DNA of 64,000 bases from an uncultured delta proteobacterium. GTDB taxonomy: Bacteria > Desulfobacterota > Binatia > Binatales > Binataceae. Both the position numbers and the translations under genes were made by a program. Location: the NCBI GenBank assembly GCA_963808235.1, contig CAWEEQ010000004.1:2784001-2848000 (forward strand). Direction: 5' to 3'. The notes beneath the pieces are model-generated. The model made no database searches, was not told where the DNA came from, and saw nothing but the letters and a program-made list of their open reading frames with translations. Of this stretch, positions 22,022-33,076 are shown piece after piece. Every line of letters begins with the position of its first letter. The stretch's first letter is position 1.

Positions 22022-23455
22022 CTATCCGCGATGGCGGGCGCTCAAGTAATAGATCGGCACACTGCTGAGCGCGATTAGCAATCCCGGCCAGGTTGATCCG
22101 GGCTTCAGAATCAGCAGATCGATCATGATCGCACCAGCCGCGATCACGTAAAGCGCAGGCACAATCGGATAGCCCCACGCGCGATACGGCCGCGGTGCGT
22201 CCGGCAGCCGCCGGCGCAACAGAAACACGGCGGACACGGTCAGCACGTAGAACATCAACTGCGCGAAGATCACGTAATCCAGCAACTCGGAATAAGTACC
22301 GGAGAGCGTTAGCAGCGCCGCCCATACGCCTTGCATCACGAGCGCAACGGCGGGCACTCGGGCGCGATTCAGGCGGCCGGCGGCGGCGAAGAAAACCCGG
22401 TCGTGAGCCATCGCGTATATCACGCGCGCTCCCGTCAGGATCAGCCCGTTCGCGCACCCGAAGGTGGAGATCATCACCAGGATTGCGGTAATCGTGGCGC
22501 CGGCCCTGCCCCATACGACCTCCATCGCGGCGGCCGCCACGCGATCGCTGGTCGCATGTGCGATTCCCCGACCCAACACAGTCGCCGCGCCAGCCTGCCC
22601 CGACACCGGAAGCACGCAAAGGTACGCAACGTTGACGAGTATGTAGAGCGCGATCACGACTCCGGTTCCAAATGCGAGCGCGAGCGGGAGATCGCGCTTT
22701 GGATTTCTCACTTCCGCGGCGGCGAAGGTGACGCTCGCCCACGCATCGGCAGAAAAAAGCGCGCCGACCATCGCAGCGCCGAAGATTCCGGCCGAGGCAA
22801 TCGAGAAGGAACCGGTGCCCATGAATGCGGCCGAGCTGGCGAAGTTTGCATGTATCGCGGCGGAATTCGGCGCGATCAAGCATCCAAGCGCCACGATCAG
22901 GCACAGCGAGAGAATTTTTGCGCTGGTAAAGGCGTTCTGCAGCAACTTGCCCATGTCGAGACCGCGCAAGTTCGCCGCGGTCAGCACCGCAATGACGATG
23001 ATCGCGCCGGCGCGCTCGCCGGAAAGACCGACGCCGCCGGCGCCGATCCAGAGTTGCGAGCCGAGCACCGGCCACATCACTCCCGCGAAACGCGCGAACG
23101 CAACCGCGACCGCCGCAATCGTGCCGGTCTGGATCACCAGCAACAGCGTCCAGCCGAACATGAACGCCCACATCCCGCCATACGCCTCGCGTAGGTAGAC
23201 GTATTGGCCGCCGGCCTGGGGCATCATCGCGGCGAGCTCGCCGTACGCGAGCGCTCCGGCAACGGTCATCACGCCGGAAATCAACCAGACCAGCAGTAGA
23301 GCGCCGGGCGTGTGCACCTGGCGCGTAATATCGGCGGACACAATGAAGATGCCCGAGCCAATCATCGAGCCCGCGACCAGGGTGACCGAGTCGAAGAGCG
23401 AAAGGCCTCGCTTCATTTCAGCGGGCGCGGCGGCAGATTGAGCAACGCTACTCAT
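22022..23455 (-). CDS. APC-family amino acid permease
   Basis: GSMIGSGIF, YGELAAMMPQAGGQYVYL, many TMs. Confidence 0.93.
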   Translation of the reverse strand: MSSVAQSAAAPAEMKRGLSLFDSVTLVAGSMIGSGIFIVSADITRQVHTPGALLLVWLISGVMTVAGALAYGELAAMMPQAGGQYVYLREAYGGMWAFMFGWTLLLVIQTGTIAAVAVAFARFAGVMWPVLGSQLWIGAGGVGLSGERAGAIIVIAVLTAANLRGLDMGKLLQNAFTSAKILSLCLIVALGCLIAPNSAAIHANFASSAAFMGTGSFSIASAGIFGAAMVGALFSADAWASVTFAAAEVRNPKRDLPLALAFGTGVVIALYILVNVAYLCVLPVSGQAGAATVLGRGIAHATSDRVAAAAMEVVWGRAGATITAILVMISTFGCANGLILTGARVIYAMAHDRVFFAAAGRLNRARVPAVALVMQGVWAALLTLSGTYSELLDYVIFAQLMFYVLTVSAVFLLRRRLPDAPRPYRAWGYPIVPALYVIAAGAIMIDLLILKPGSTWPGLLIALSSVPIYYLSARHRG

Positions 23456-23583
23456 TGCGAACGCATCCTAGCATCAGCGGACGATGAGTGCGCGATCTAT
23501 CGGGGCCTGAAAGGTGCGTTGATCTATCCTGAAAGCGGGACTTAGGTGTAAAGAGAAAATAGTTGGCGCTCAGGAGGCGACGG

Positions 23584-24162
23584 ATGCCGGCAAAGAAGAA
23601 GACCGCGAAAAAGACGAAGCGCGCGGCGAATCCTGCGCTCAGGCAGGTCGAGCAACTGCGCAAGACGGTCAAAGTCCTCAAGATGAAGCTCGAGCGCGAG
23701 ACCAAGGCGCGGAGAATCGAGGCGCGTATCAAGAGCGAGGCCGAAAAGGCGAGCGCGCGATTGACCACCCAGCTCAAGGCTCTGCGCGACCAGGGGAAAA
23801 AGATCGCCTCCGAATTGAAATCCGCGCTGGGCGATGCGAACCGGCGTGACGCCGCGCGCAAGGAGGCCTTGTCCCGAATCGCGGATTTAAAGGCGCGATA
23901 CGACAAGACCTCGGCCGGGCTCAAGGCGGAACTCGCGCAAAAGACCTCGGATTTGAGGCATAAGTCCGAGGAGCTGATGAAGCTCGCCGGCCAGTCAGCG
24001 CATCGAGCTGCCGAGATAATCCGCGGCCATGAGCATCATGAAGCCGCCGAACCCACAGCCGGCTCATCGGAATCATCGTCATATACCTCAGCGGAGCCGA
24101 GCCTTCCGGAAGACCACGGCGAAGGCCCTCCAGGCGACAAGGGCCCTGACGAAGAACGTTGA
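23584..24162 (+). CDS. Basic coiled-coil protein
   Basis: AGGAGG RBS; MPAKKKTAKK then heptad K/E/A-rich helix. Confidence 0.7.
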   Translation: MPAKKKTAKKTKRAANPALRQVEQLRKTVKVLKMKLERETKARRIEARIKSEAEKASARLTTQLKALRDQGKKIASELKSALGDANRRDAARKEALSRIADLKARYDKTSAGLKAELAQKTSDLRHKSEELMKLAGQSAHRAAEIIRGHEHHEAAEPTAGSSESSSYTSAEPSLPEDHGEGPPGDKGPDEER

Positions 24163-24375
24163 CAGATCCTGTCGAGCGTCGAGCCGAAGCGGGAAATTTC
24201 ACAATTTTCGGGAACGAATCTTCCTGAACGGCTGATCTTTCGTGCGGATCGATACGAGGGAGGGCGCGCCCGAGGACACGCGGCGCGTTCTCAGCACAGT
24301 GCTCCGCAAGCGAGGCTCCCGCGCGCCGACGGCTCTGAACGGCGCGCGGGATCTCGCTTCAGAACGGCAAAAGAA

Positions 24376-24573
24376 TTACGGCGCCGCCGGGCTGGCCGCT
24401 GCAGCGGGGCTACTGGCGTCCGCCGGGCTGGCTGCCATCGCGGGACTCGAAGCGTCGCTCGCTGCTGCGGAGGCCGCCGCGTCGGGAGCGGCCGGCGCGG
24501 TCTCTTCGGATTTGCTGCATGCCGCGGCAGCGAAGAACATCGAAACTAGTGCTAGAAGCAGGACCTTGCGCAT
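24376..24573 (-). CDS. Small Ala/Ser/Pro-rich lipoprotein
   Basis: AGGAG RBS; lipobox AAAC; ASSPA repeats. Confidence 0.75.
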   Translation of the reverse strand: MRKVLLLALVSMFFAAAACSKSEETAPAAPDAAASAAASDASSPAMAASPADASSPAAAASPAAP

Positions 24574-24785
24574 CGCTTTCTCCTTGATTGCTCGGTGTTC
24601 GCCTTGGCGCAAAACTCGAAACGCGCCAAGAATACGATAGGTGCGGCGCAACTTCAAGCCGCAATCAGCATCGTTATCCATATCAATTTTACGCTTTATC
24701 TGAGCCACAGCACAGAAAAAATTTTGACTATTTCGCAGCCATCTGTATCATTCGATCATTAACCGCATGGCTGAGCGGCGGCTGG

Positions 24786-25034
24786 ATGTGGTGGAGGGAT
24801 AGGGTGGAAGAGCGAAGCCTTTTTTTCAATGGCGCTGCGCGGGCATCTCGTCACGGGTCCGAGATCGTAGAACACGATCTCGATATGGTACGCAGATGGG
24901 AGCGTCCTGCGCCGGTCTCGGGACGACTCTCAAAGATACTCAACTGGCTGATGCCGGTGGAGCGGAAAGTAGGACCGCCGATGCGCTCGGTGGCGCGCGA
25001 GCTGGAAGAGGCATACCCGGCGCGCGACCTCTGA
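24786..25034 (+). CDS. Hypothetical protein
   Basis: Open frame between the lipoprotein and RidA genes; no motif. Confidence 0.3.
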   Translation: MWWRDRVEERSLFFNGAARASRHGSEIVEHDLDMVRRWERPAPVSGRLSKILNWLMPVERKVGPPMRSVARELEEAYPARDL

Positions 25035-25070
25035 GACCCGCACCCGGTTCGATAACCGGGAACCCCGGAG

Positions 25071-25574
25071 ATGAAGATGAGTGCAATCTCGCGAATCTCC
25101 ACCAATACCCCGTGGGAACCTGTGGTGGCCTACTCGCGACTGGTAAAAGCAGGCAGCATTGTCGCGGTTTCCGGCACCACGGCCACCGACGAGCACGGGC
25201 TAATCGTCGGCGCCGGGCAGATGTACGTGCAGGCGCGCCAGGCGCTCGCGAACATCCGGACTGCGCTCGAGCGCGCGGGAGTTTCCCTTCACGAGGTGGT
25301 GCGTACGCGGATGTTCGTCACGGACATCGGACGCTATGCGGAAGCCGCCCGTGCTCATCGCGAGTTTTTCGCGGATTCGCCGCCGGCGACCACGATGGTT
25401 GAAGTGCGCCGGCTGGTTCATCCAGACATGCTGATCGAGATCGAAGCGGACGCGTATGCGGGCGTATCGTCGAACTCCTCGAGTCCCGCGAAGCCGAAGA
25501 CCGCATCAAAGGCGAAGGCGGCGCGGAAAACTTCGCGCAAATCCGCGCCGAGAAAAGCCGGGCGCCGTAAGTAA
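25071..25574 (+). CDS. RidA-family protein with basic C-terminal tail
   Basis: WEPVVAYSR, SGTTA, VVRTRMFVTD, PATTMVEV, EIEADA. Confidence 0.9.
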   Translation: MKMSAISRISTNTPWEPVVAYSRLVKAGSIVAVSGTTATDEHGLIVGAGQMYVQARQALANIRTALERAGVSLHEVVRTRMFVTDIGRYAEAARAHREFFADSPPATTMVEVRRLVHPDMLIEIEADAYAGVSSNSSSPAKPKTASKAKAARKTSRKSAPRKAGRRK

Positions 25575-25579
25575 CTCAA

Positions 25580-27076
25580 CTAGGGTTCGATCGAGGCGGC
25601 GTGGATTCCTTCGGCGCCGCTGGCCGAGTGGAATGCGCTCGCGGCGGACATGATATACGGTTCGGGATAAACTCCGATCGCTATCGTTGCGAATGCCGCC
25701 AGACCGATCGCCGCGACCAATGCAGGGCGCGCGCTCATTCGCTCGACTTCGACTCCGCCCTCCTGCATATACATAGCGACTAGTACATAGAAGTAGTAAT
25801 AGGCGGAGACTACGCTGTTCAGCACTGCGAGTACTACCAGGTATACGTAGCCCTGCCGCAACGCACTACTGAAAATATAGAACTTGCCGAAGAACCCTGA
25901 GAGTGGCGGGACTCCTGTCAGCGATAGTAAGAAAATAGCCATTGCGCCCGCCAGCAACGGCTGACGTTCGGCGAGTCCACGGAAGTCACTGATCAGATTG
26001 CTCGCGGCGCCGCGATGCTCGAGCGCAATTACTACCGCGAATGCGCCAAGGTTCGTGAATGCGTACGCGAGTAGGTAGTACAAAATCGCCCCGCCCGCGT
26101 GCACACCGGCAGCCATCCCGAGCAGAAGATATCCCGCGTGTGCGATCGCCGAGTACGCGAGCATCCGCTTGATATTCGTCTGCACGACGGCGATCACATT
26201 TCCGGCGGTCATGGTGAGCGCGGCAATCACCCACAGCACCGATTGCCAATGCGCGCCGAGCGCGCCGAAGTCCACCAGGAAGACGCGAAGAAAAGCGGAG
26301 AACGCGGCCGCCTTCACGCCCACCGCCATAAAAGCGGTCACCGGCGTGGGCGCGCCCTCGTAAACGTCAGGCGTCCACATGTGAAATGGCACCGCCGCAA
26401 CCTTGAATCCAAATCCGATTATCAGCATCCCAACGCCCAGCAACAGCATCGGATTCGAACCCATCGCGCCAGTCGCGATCGCGTCATGAATAGGCCCGAG
26501 CTTGATGGACCCGGTCGCTCCGTATACGAGCGCGATTCCGTAAAGAAGGAAGCCGGTCGAGAATGCGCCGAGCAAGAAGTACTTCATCGCGGCTTCATTC
26601 GACTTTGCGTCGCGCCGAGCGATACCGGCCAATACGTACACCGTAATCGACATGGTCTCGAGGCCAAGGAAAATGACTATCAAATCGCCGGCCGTTGCCA
26701 TGAGCATCATGCCCAGCGCTGAAAACAGTAATAGCGAATAGTATTCGGCGCCGGGGATACTATTCTCGGTGGCGTAATCGAGCGACATCATCACGGTGAA
26801 CATCGCGGCGATCAGAATGACTATTTCGAAGAACGCCGAGTAGCTATCGATCGCGATCGCGCCCGCAAATGCGAGCCCATTCTGACCGATGATTCCGAAA
26901 GTCAGAACGAGCGCGACGCCGAGCGACGCCAGCGTCAGCAAGCCGAGACCCTCGCTATCGTCATCGGCCAGCCGCACTCCGGCGAGCAGAACCACAATCG
27001 CCGCAATCGCGACTGCAACCATCGGCAGGATTGGTAGCCATACAACGTTGACTGCAGCGAGATTGAAAGGGCTCAT
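25580..27076 (-). CDS. nuoN: NADH-quinone oxidoreductase subunit N
   Basis: EAAMKYFLLG, FKVAAVPFHMWTPDVYEGAP, KRMLAYSAIAH. Confidence 0.96.
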   Translation of the reverse strand: MSPFNLAAVNVVWLPILPMVAVAIAAIVVLLAGVRLADDDSEGLGLLTLASLGVALVLTFGIIGQNGLAFAGAIAIDSYSAFFEIVILIAAMFTVMMSLDYATENSIPGAEYYSLLLFSALGMMLMATAGDLIVIFLGLETMSITVYVLAGIARRDAKSNEAAMKYFLLGAFSTGFLLYGIALVYGATGSIKLGPIHDAIATGAMGSNPMLLLGVGMLIIGFGFKVAAVPFHMWTPDVYEGAPTPVTAFMAVGVKAAAFSAFLRVFLVDFGALGAHWQSVLWVIAALTMTAGNVIAVVQTNIKRMLAYSAIAHAGYLLLGMAAGVHAGGAILYYLLAYAFTNLGAFAVVIALEHRGAASNLISDFRGLAERQPLLAGAMAIFLLSLTGVPPLSGFFGKFYIFSSALRQGYVYLVVLAVLNSVVSAYYYFYVLVAMYMQEGGVEVERMSARPALVAAIGLAAFATIAIGVYPEPYIMSAASAFHSASGAEGIHAASIEP

Positions 27077-28668
27077 GGTGCGACCGCCGCGAGCTCAGGT
27101 TCGCGAATCGTTACGCTTCTTGCGGGAGTGATCTTCGTTTCAATTTTGGCGAGTCGATGCGGATTGCGCTCTTCGTCGAGGCGCGCCTGCGCAACATTGG
27201 TGCGGGCGAGCATCGCGGTCACCGAGGGCTCTATCCTGCTGATAAGCGGGCGTGGGAATAGGCCCATCAAAAACATCAGCGCGATGATCGGCACCATTAC
27301 GGCGATTTCGCGGCGGGTCAAATCTTGAATCGCGTCATTTACCGGCTTGGTGATCGGCCCAAACATTACCCGCTCGTAGGTCCACAGCATGTAGAGCGCT
27401 TCGAAAATTACGCCGAGCACGGCGATCACAACCGCGGGTCGCATCCGTATGAAAGCTCCAACCATGATCAGAAACTCGCCAACGAAACCGTTCAAACCGG
27501 GCAGCCCTATCGACGAGAGCATAACGACCATGAAGATCGCGGCGTAAACGGGCACGCGGTGCCACAGTCCGCCGAACTCGGAAATCTCGCGCGTGTGACG
27601 GCGCATATAGAGCATCCCAACCAGCAGGAATAGCCCGCCGGTCGAGACGCCGTGATTGAGCATCTGGTAAATCGCGCCGTCGACGCCCGCGGGATTGAGC
27701 GCGAAGATTCCCAGCATTACGAATCCCAAGTGACTAACCGACGAATAGGCAATCAGGCGTTTCAAGTCGGGCTGCATCATGGCGACCAACGCGCCATAGA
27801 TGATTCCGATCACCGCGAGCGCCATGAACAGCGGAATCGCTTCGATTGCGACCTCGGGAAATAGCGGAATCGCGAAACGCAGAAATCCATAGGTGCCCAT
27901 CTTGAGCATCACGCCGGCCAGGATGACCGAGCCGGCGGTCGGCGCGTTGGTATGCGCGTCGGGAAGCCAGGTATGCACCGGCCACATCGGGACTTTGATC
28001 GCAAAGGCAAGCGCGAATGCAGCGAACAGCCAGCGTCCCTCGGCCTTGGTGAGCGGCACCTGGTAGAGCAACGGCAAGTCGAAGCTGGTGCGGCCAAAAT
28101 GTATGCGCGCCAAGTAGACCAGGTACAGTATCGAGACCAGCATCAGCAGCGAGCCGACCATCGTGAACAAGACGAACTTGACGGCGGCGTAGATTCTGCG
28201 GCCATGACCCCAGATGCCGATCAGGAAGTACATCGGAATCAGCATCAACTCCCAGAAGACGTAGAACAGGAAGAGATCGACCGCGAGCAGAGCGCCGAGC
28301 AGCCCGGTCTCGAGCACCAGCATGAAAAAACAGAACTCGCGGGGTCGTTCTTCGATGTCGCCGCCGCCGGAATAAAGAATCGAAAGAGTAATCAGGACAG
28401 TAGTCAGTAAGACCAGAAACAGGCTAATCCCGTCAATACCAAGATGGTATGTGATCCCGAACGCCGGAATCCAATCGTATTGCTCAACGAACTGGTAATC
28501 CGCGAGCTTAGGATTGAATTCATAAAGAATATAAAAACTCAGGGCCAGTGGGAGCAGCGAGAAGATGAACGCAGAGTTCCAGATGGCGCGCGTCTCGCTT
28601 TGCATCAAGATGAACAGAGCGCCGAGCAGCGGCAGAAATATCAGCGCTGTCAGCAATCCGCTGCTCAT
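27073..28668 (-). CDS. nuoM: NADH-quinone oxidoreductase subunit M
   Basis: FWELMLIPMY, HTWLPDAH, LKMGTYG, YSSVSHLG. Confidence 0.96.
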   Translation of the reverse strand: MSSGLLTALIFLPLLGALFILMQSETRAIWNSAFIFSLLPLALSFYILYEFNPKLADYQFVEQYDWIPAFGITYHLGIDGISLFLVLLTTVLITLSILYSGGGDIEERPREFCFFMLVLETGLLGALLAVDLFLFYVFWELMLIPMYFLIGIWGHGRRIYAAVKFVLFTMVGSLLMLVSILYLVYLARIHFGRTSFDLPLLYQVPLTKAEGRWLFAAFALAFAIKVPMWPVHTWLPDAHTNAPTAGSVILAGVMLKMGTYGFLRFAIPLFPEVAIEAIPLFMALAVIGIIYGALVAMMQPDLKRLIAYSSVSHLGFVMLGIFALNPAGVDGAIYQMLNHGVSTGGLFLLVGMLYMRRHTREISEFGGLWHRVPVYAAIFMVVMLSSIGLPGLNGFVGEFLIMVGAFIRMRPAVVIAVLGVIFEALYMLWTYERVMFGPITKPVNDAIQDLTRREIAVMVPIIALMFLMGLFPRPLISRIEPSVTAMLARTNVAQARLDEERNPHRLAKIETKITPARSVTIREPELAAVAP

Positions 28669-30590
28669 CGGCGCGCCACCAGGAAGAGATAGTAGGCTAC
28701 GACGCCTAGTGCGCCGAGCACGTAGATGAAAACGTAGTGCTGCACATTGCCTGTCTCGACCCGACGCGCGGTCTGCCCCGACGACTGCACCATCAGCCCC
28801 GCGCCATTGGCGGCGCCGTCGATCACATCGGTGTCGATCGCGCGATTCAGGACCTGGTCAGAGACCCAAAACAGCGGACGCGTGACGATCAGATTGTACA
28901 GCTCGTCGATGTAGTACTTGCTCAACAGCAAATTGAAAACGTCTTTCATCCGCCATGCGAGGAGCATCGGGATTCCAGGTAACCGGATGTAAAAAACATA
29001 GGCGAGCATGAATCCGACGCCCGAAGCGCCGAGCGCGATCCCGGACAGCCATGCCGTGTTCGCTTCGAGTGCCGGCCTGAACGTGCCGACCGACGGAGCG
29101 AGAAAGCGCACGAACGCATTGCCCCAAAGCAGGCCGTTCGGCAATCCGACCCATCCGCCGACGATCGCGAGGAACGCGAGCACGATGAGCGGAATAGTCA
29201 TTACCGCCGGCGATTCGTGGATGTGATGCTCCTTGTCGGAATCGACGCGCGACTCGCCGAAGAAAGTCATGAACATGAGACGGAACATGTAGAAGGTGGT
29301 TAGGCCGGCGGTGATCACGCCGATCAGCCAGAGCCAGAAATGGCCGGAATCGTACGCGGCTTCGAGGATGAGGTCTTTCGAGAAGTACCCGGAAAATGGA
29401 AAGACGGCGGCGATCGCAAGCGTCGCGATCATCATCGTCCAGAAAGTGATCGGCAACTTGCGACGCAAACCGCCCATCTTATTCATGTCCTGTTCGCCGC
29501 CAAGCGCGTGCATCACCGCGCCGGCGCACAGAAAGAGCAGCCCCTTGAAGAACGCGTGGGTCATCACGTGGAAGATGCCCGACGCGAACGCGCCTGAACC
29601 CACGCCGAGAAACATGTAGCCGAGCTGGCTGATGGTCGAGTAGGCGAGCACCTTCTTGATGTCCGGTTGCACGAGCGCGATGGTTGCGGCGAAGAGCGCG
29701 GTTACCGCGCCAACCGTCGCGACAAGGTCAAGCGTGCTCGGCGCCATCGCGAAGAGAAAGCCGAGCCTCGCGATCATGTACACGCCCGCGGTGACCATCG
29801 TGGCGGCGTGGATCAGCGCGCTGACCGGAGTCGGGCCGACCATCGCATCGGGCAGCCAGACATAAAGTGGCAGCTGCGCAGATTTTCCGGTTGCGCCAAT
29901 GAAGAGCAGAAAGCAGGCCGCGGTTGCCGCACCGGCGTCGATGAGCGACGCGTGCTCGCGCAATTGAACGAAGTCGAGCGTCCAGACGCCGTGCGCGCCG
30001 AGCGTGGCGACAATCGTGAACATCCCGAGCAGGAAGCCGGCGTCGCCGATTCGATTGACTACAAACGCCTTGCGGCCGTTATAGGCAAATTGAGGATTGG
30101 TGTACCAAAATGCGATTAGTAAGTACGAGCATAGTCCCACGCCCTCCCAGCCGACAAACATCATTAGTAAGTTGTCGGCGAGAATGAGTATTAGCATCGA
30201 GAGCGCGAACAGGTTCATGTAGGTAAAGAAGCGCGCGAAGTCCTCGTCGTGCGCCATGTAGCCGACTGAGTATAGATGGATTAGTGCGCCGACTCCGGTG
30301 ACGATCATCACCATCACGCCTGAGAGCGCGTCGAGGCGCAGCCCGAGCTCGGCGTGGAATGGGCCGGCCTCGATCCATCCCCACAGGTGAACGGCGAGCG
30401 CGCTTCCGGCAGGCATCGCGAGCAATTTCACGAATGCCCACGTCGCAACGCACAGCGCCGCAAACATCACCCCTGGGCCGACCAGGTTGACCGCGCCGCG
30501 GCCGTACCTTTGCCCGAGGAACAGGTTGAACACGACGCCAAGCGCCGGAAAAAGCAGGATCAGCGCGAGCGCTGGAAACTCAACAGTCAT
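28665..30590 (-). CDS. nuoL: NADH-quinone oxidoreductase subunit L
   Basis: GWEGVGLCSY, KSAQLPLYVWLPDAM, HAATMVTAG, THAFFK. Confidence 0.97.
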   Translation of the reverse strand: MTVEFPALALILLFPALGVVFNLFLGQRYGRGAVNLVGPGVMFAALCVATWAFVKLLAMPAGSALAVHLWGWIEAGPFHAELGLRLDALSGVMVMIVTGVGALIHLYSVGYMAHDEDFARFFTYMNLFALSMLILILADNLLMMFVGWEGVGLCSYLLIAFWYTNPQFAYNGRKAFVVNRIGDAGFLLGMFTIVATLGAHGVWTLDFVQLREHASLIDAGAATAACFLLFIGATGKSAQLPLYVWLPDAMVGPTPVSALIHAATMVTAGVYMIARLGFLFAMAPSTLDLVATVGAVTALFAATIALVQPDIKKVLAYSTISQLGYMFLGVGSGAFASGIFHVMTHAFFKGLLFLCAGAVMHALGGEQDMNKMGGLRRKLPITFWTMMIATLAIAAVFPFSGYFSKDLILEAAYDSGHFWLWLIGVITAGLTTFYMFRLMFMTFFGESRVDSDKEHHIHESPAVMTIPLIVLAFLAIVGGWVGLPNGLLWGNAFVRFLAPSVGTFRPALEANTAWLSGIALGASGVGFMLAYVFYIRLPGIPMLLAWRMKDVFNLLLSKYYIDELYNLIVTRPLFWVSDQVLNRAIDTDVIDGAANGAGLMVQSSGQTARRVETGNVQHYVFIYVLGALGVVAYYLFLVARR

Positions 30591-30593
30591 CGA

Positions 30594-30896
30594 TTACCAT
30601 CTCATCAGCGTCAGTTCGTCAGCGTGGACGGTTTCGCGGTTGCGAAAAACCGAAATGATGATGCCAAGTCCGACTGCAGACTCGGCGGCCGCAACGGTCA
30701 TCACGAAAAAAACGATGACCTGCCCGTCCATCGAACCGAGCCGGCTGCCAAGGGCGACAAAAGAGAGATTGACCGCGTTAAGCATCAGCTCGATCGACAT
30801 GAACATCACCAGAACGTTGCGGCGGATGATCACGCCGGCGACGCCGATCGCGAAGATGATCGCGCTGAGCGACATCATGTAGGTAAGCGGGATCAT
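30594..30896 (-). CDS. nuoK: NADH-quinone oxidoreductase subunit K
   Basis: [19 protein letters not shown]. Confidence 0.96.
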   Translation of the reverse strand: MIPLTYMMSLSAIIFAIGVAGVIIRRNVLVMFMSIELMLNAVNLSFVALGSRLGSMDGQVIVFFVMTVAAAESAVGLGIIISVFRNRETVHADELTLMRW

Positions 30897-31468
30897 CCAG
30901 CAACTCGCGTCGATGCTTCAGCCGCCCGGATTTCGCCGGCGGCGCGTGGGTCCGACGAGCCCTGCCCTGCCGCGTTCGGGATTCTGCGCGCGAGCGCGAC
31001 TGCGCCGACCACCGCGGCGAGCAACAGCACGGAGGTGACCTCGAACGCGACCAGATAATCGGTGAACAGTTTTCCGGTCAGGCTTTCCAGCGAACCGTAG
31101 CCCGGCGGCTCTTTGGACAGTTGGATCCTGAAATGGGGTCCGCTGAGGAAAAGAAAAAGTTCGGCGGCCAGCGCAGCCGCAGCGATCGAGCCGAAAATTT
31201 TCAGCACGATATGACCAGTCGGGCCGGTTTCGACCTGAAGATTCAAAAGCCAAATCACGAACAGGAAGAGCACCATGATCGCGCCCGCGTAGACGATGAT
31301 TTGAAGGAAGCCGACCACCACCGCGTCCTCGCCGATGAAAAGGATCGCAATGATCATCAGCGTGGAAATAAGCGCGAGCAGCGAATGGATTGGGTTGCGC
31401 TGGACGATCACGCCGAGCGCGGAAACGATCGCGAGCGCGCCGAGAAAGAGATACAGGAACGGAGGCAT
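30893..31468 (-). CDS. nuoJ: NADH-quinone oxidoreductase subunit J
   Basis: Start MPPFLY overlapping the nuoH stop; [26 protein letters not shown]. Confidence 0.93.
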   Translation of the reverse strand: MPPFLYLFLGALAIVSALGVIVQRNPIHSLLALISTLMIIAILFIGEDAVVVGFLQIIVYAGAIMVLFLFVIWLLNLQVETGPTGHIVLKIFGSIAAAALAAELFLFLSGPHFRIQLSKEPPGYGSLESLTGKLFTDYLVAFEVTSVLLLAAVVGAVALARRIPNAAGQGSSDPRAAGEIRAAEASTRVAG

Positions 31469-32592
31469 CACTGCACCTTCCCGGTCGCGACGATCACGAA
31501 TGCCGTGACCAGCACGTTGAGGAGTCCGAGCGGGACCAGGCCCTTCCATCCAAGGCGCATCAACTGATCGTAACGAAAACGCGGCAGCGTCCATCGCACC
31601 ATGCCGAGGAAGATGCAAAGCACGAGCACTTTGACCAGGAACGCGACGATTCCGAGCAGAGAAATCACAAGCGCGGGGACGGCGAGGATCGCGCCGCCGG
31701 GGAAATGAAAGCCGTCGCGCATGAGCCACGGAAACTGCCATCCACCGAGAAAGAACGTGGTCAGGAGCATCGCGATCAACGCTTGCTCGGCGAGATCAGT
31801 GAGCATGAAGACCGCCTGCTTGCCTCCGGAATATTCGGTGAAGTAGCCGAGGATCAGCTCGGACTCGCTCTCCGGGAGATCGAAGGGCACGCGCTTGGAT
31901 TCCGCGACGCCGGCGACCAGAAAAATTATGAATGCGAGCGGCTGCGTGAATATTCCCCATCGCGGGAGAAATCCGAACCACACACCGCCCTGTCCGCGCA
32001 CGATTTCCTGCAAGTTGAGCGTGCCGAAGGTCATCACGATGGAGACGATCGCGAGCCCCATCGCGAGTTCATAAGAGATCATCTGCGCCGTCGCGCGGAT
32101 TCCGCCGAGCAGCGCCCAGCGATTATTCGAGGCCCATCCCGCTATCGCCACGCCGTACACACCCAGCCCGAGCGTCGCGAGCAGGTAGAGCGCGCCGGCA
32201 TTCAAGTTGGTCGCCTGCAGATCGATCTTGTGGCCGGCGATCGAAATCGTGTCGCCAAACGGGATGATGACGAACGTGATCATCACTGGGAACAGCGCGA
32301 GGAACGGCGCCAGCGTATGCAGGAATTTATCCGCGCCGTCGGGAATGAAATCTTCCTTGGTGAAAAGTTTCACCGGGTCGGCGATTAGCGTGTTGATGAT
32401 TCCCAGGTTCGGCATCCCGAGCCGTTTGCCGATACCGGTGATCGTCGCGCGATTCGATCCGATTCGATCCTGGATGAGCGCGCTTCCCTTGCGCTCGAAA
32501 TAGAGCAGGAAGATCGCCAGGTTCAATCCGACCAGGATCATGATGACCGCTTTGATCGCGCCGGCGATTAGATCAACTGTCACGGGCGGCAA
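31468..32592 (-). CDS. nuoH: NADH-quinone oxidoreductase subunit H
   Basis: ERK..IQDR, ADPVKLFTKE, AQMISYE, PFDLPESESEL, PRFRYDQLM. Confidence 0.96.
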   Translation of the reverse strand: MPPVTVDLIAGAIKAVIMILVGLNLAIFLLYFERKGSALIQDRIGSNRATITGIGKRLGMPNLGIINTLIADPVKLFTKEDFIPDGADKFLHTLAPFLALFPVMITFVIIPFGDTISIAGHKIDLQATNLNAGALYLLATLGLGVYGVAIAGWASNNRWALLGGIRATAQMISYELAMGLAIVSIVMTFGTLNLQEIVRGQGGVWFGFLPRWGIFTQPLAFIIFLVAGVAESKRVPFDLPESESELILGYFTEYSGGKQAVFMLTDLAEQALIAMLLTTFFLGGWQFPWLMRDGFHFPGGAILAVPALVISLLGIVAFLVKVLVLCIFLGMVRWTLPRFRYDQLMRLGWKGLVPLGLLNVLVTAFVIVATGKVQ

Positions 32593-33076
32593 GCTCGTCG
32601 ATAAGTTTGAGAGTGCTTTCTTCGGTCAAATTTTCGATGTACGCGTCCTGGTTCAACTGGAGCATCGGCGCCGTGCCGCACGAGGCCAGGCACTCGACCG
32701 AGCCGAGCGTGAACTTGCCGTCGGGAGTCGTCTCGCCAATCTCGATTTTGAGTTTGCGCCGGATGCAATCCACGATTTTGTCGGCGCCGCGCAATCGGCA
32801 CGAGAGGTTGGTGCATACGTCGAGGATGTAGCGGCCAACCGGTCGTCGATGGAACATCGTGTAGAATGAAACCACTGCCCGCACATGCGCCGGTGGCAAT
32901 TCCATCAGCCGCGCGACGTAGTCCTGGGTCGCGTCGCTCAGCCATCCGAACTCACGCTGCGCGATCCAGAGCGTCGGCAGCAGCGCCGCCTGGCGAGTCG
33001 GATAACGGCTCAGCAGCTCCTGGTACTCGGCTAACGCCGACTGCGAAAATTTGGGGCTCTCGTGGTTCTCAGGCAT
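32573..33076 (-). CDS. nuoE: NADH-quinone oxidoreductase subunit E (2Fe-2S)
   Basis: SFYTMF, CTNLSC, ECLASC; start MPENHES. Confidence 0.92.
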   Translation of the reverse strand: MPENHESPKFSQSALAEYQELLSRYPTRQAALLPTLWIAQREFGWLSDATQDYVARLMELPPAHVRAVVSFYTMFHRRPVGRYILDVCTNLSCRLRGADKIVDCIRRKLKIEIGETTPDGKFTLGSVECLASCGTAPMLQLNQDAYIENLTEESTLKLIDELAARDS

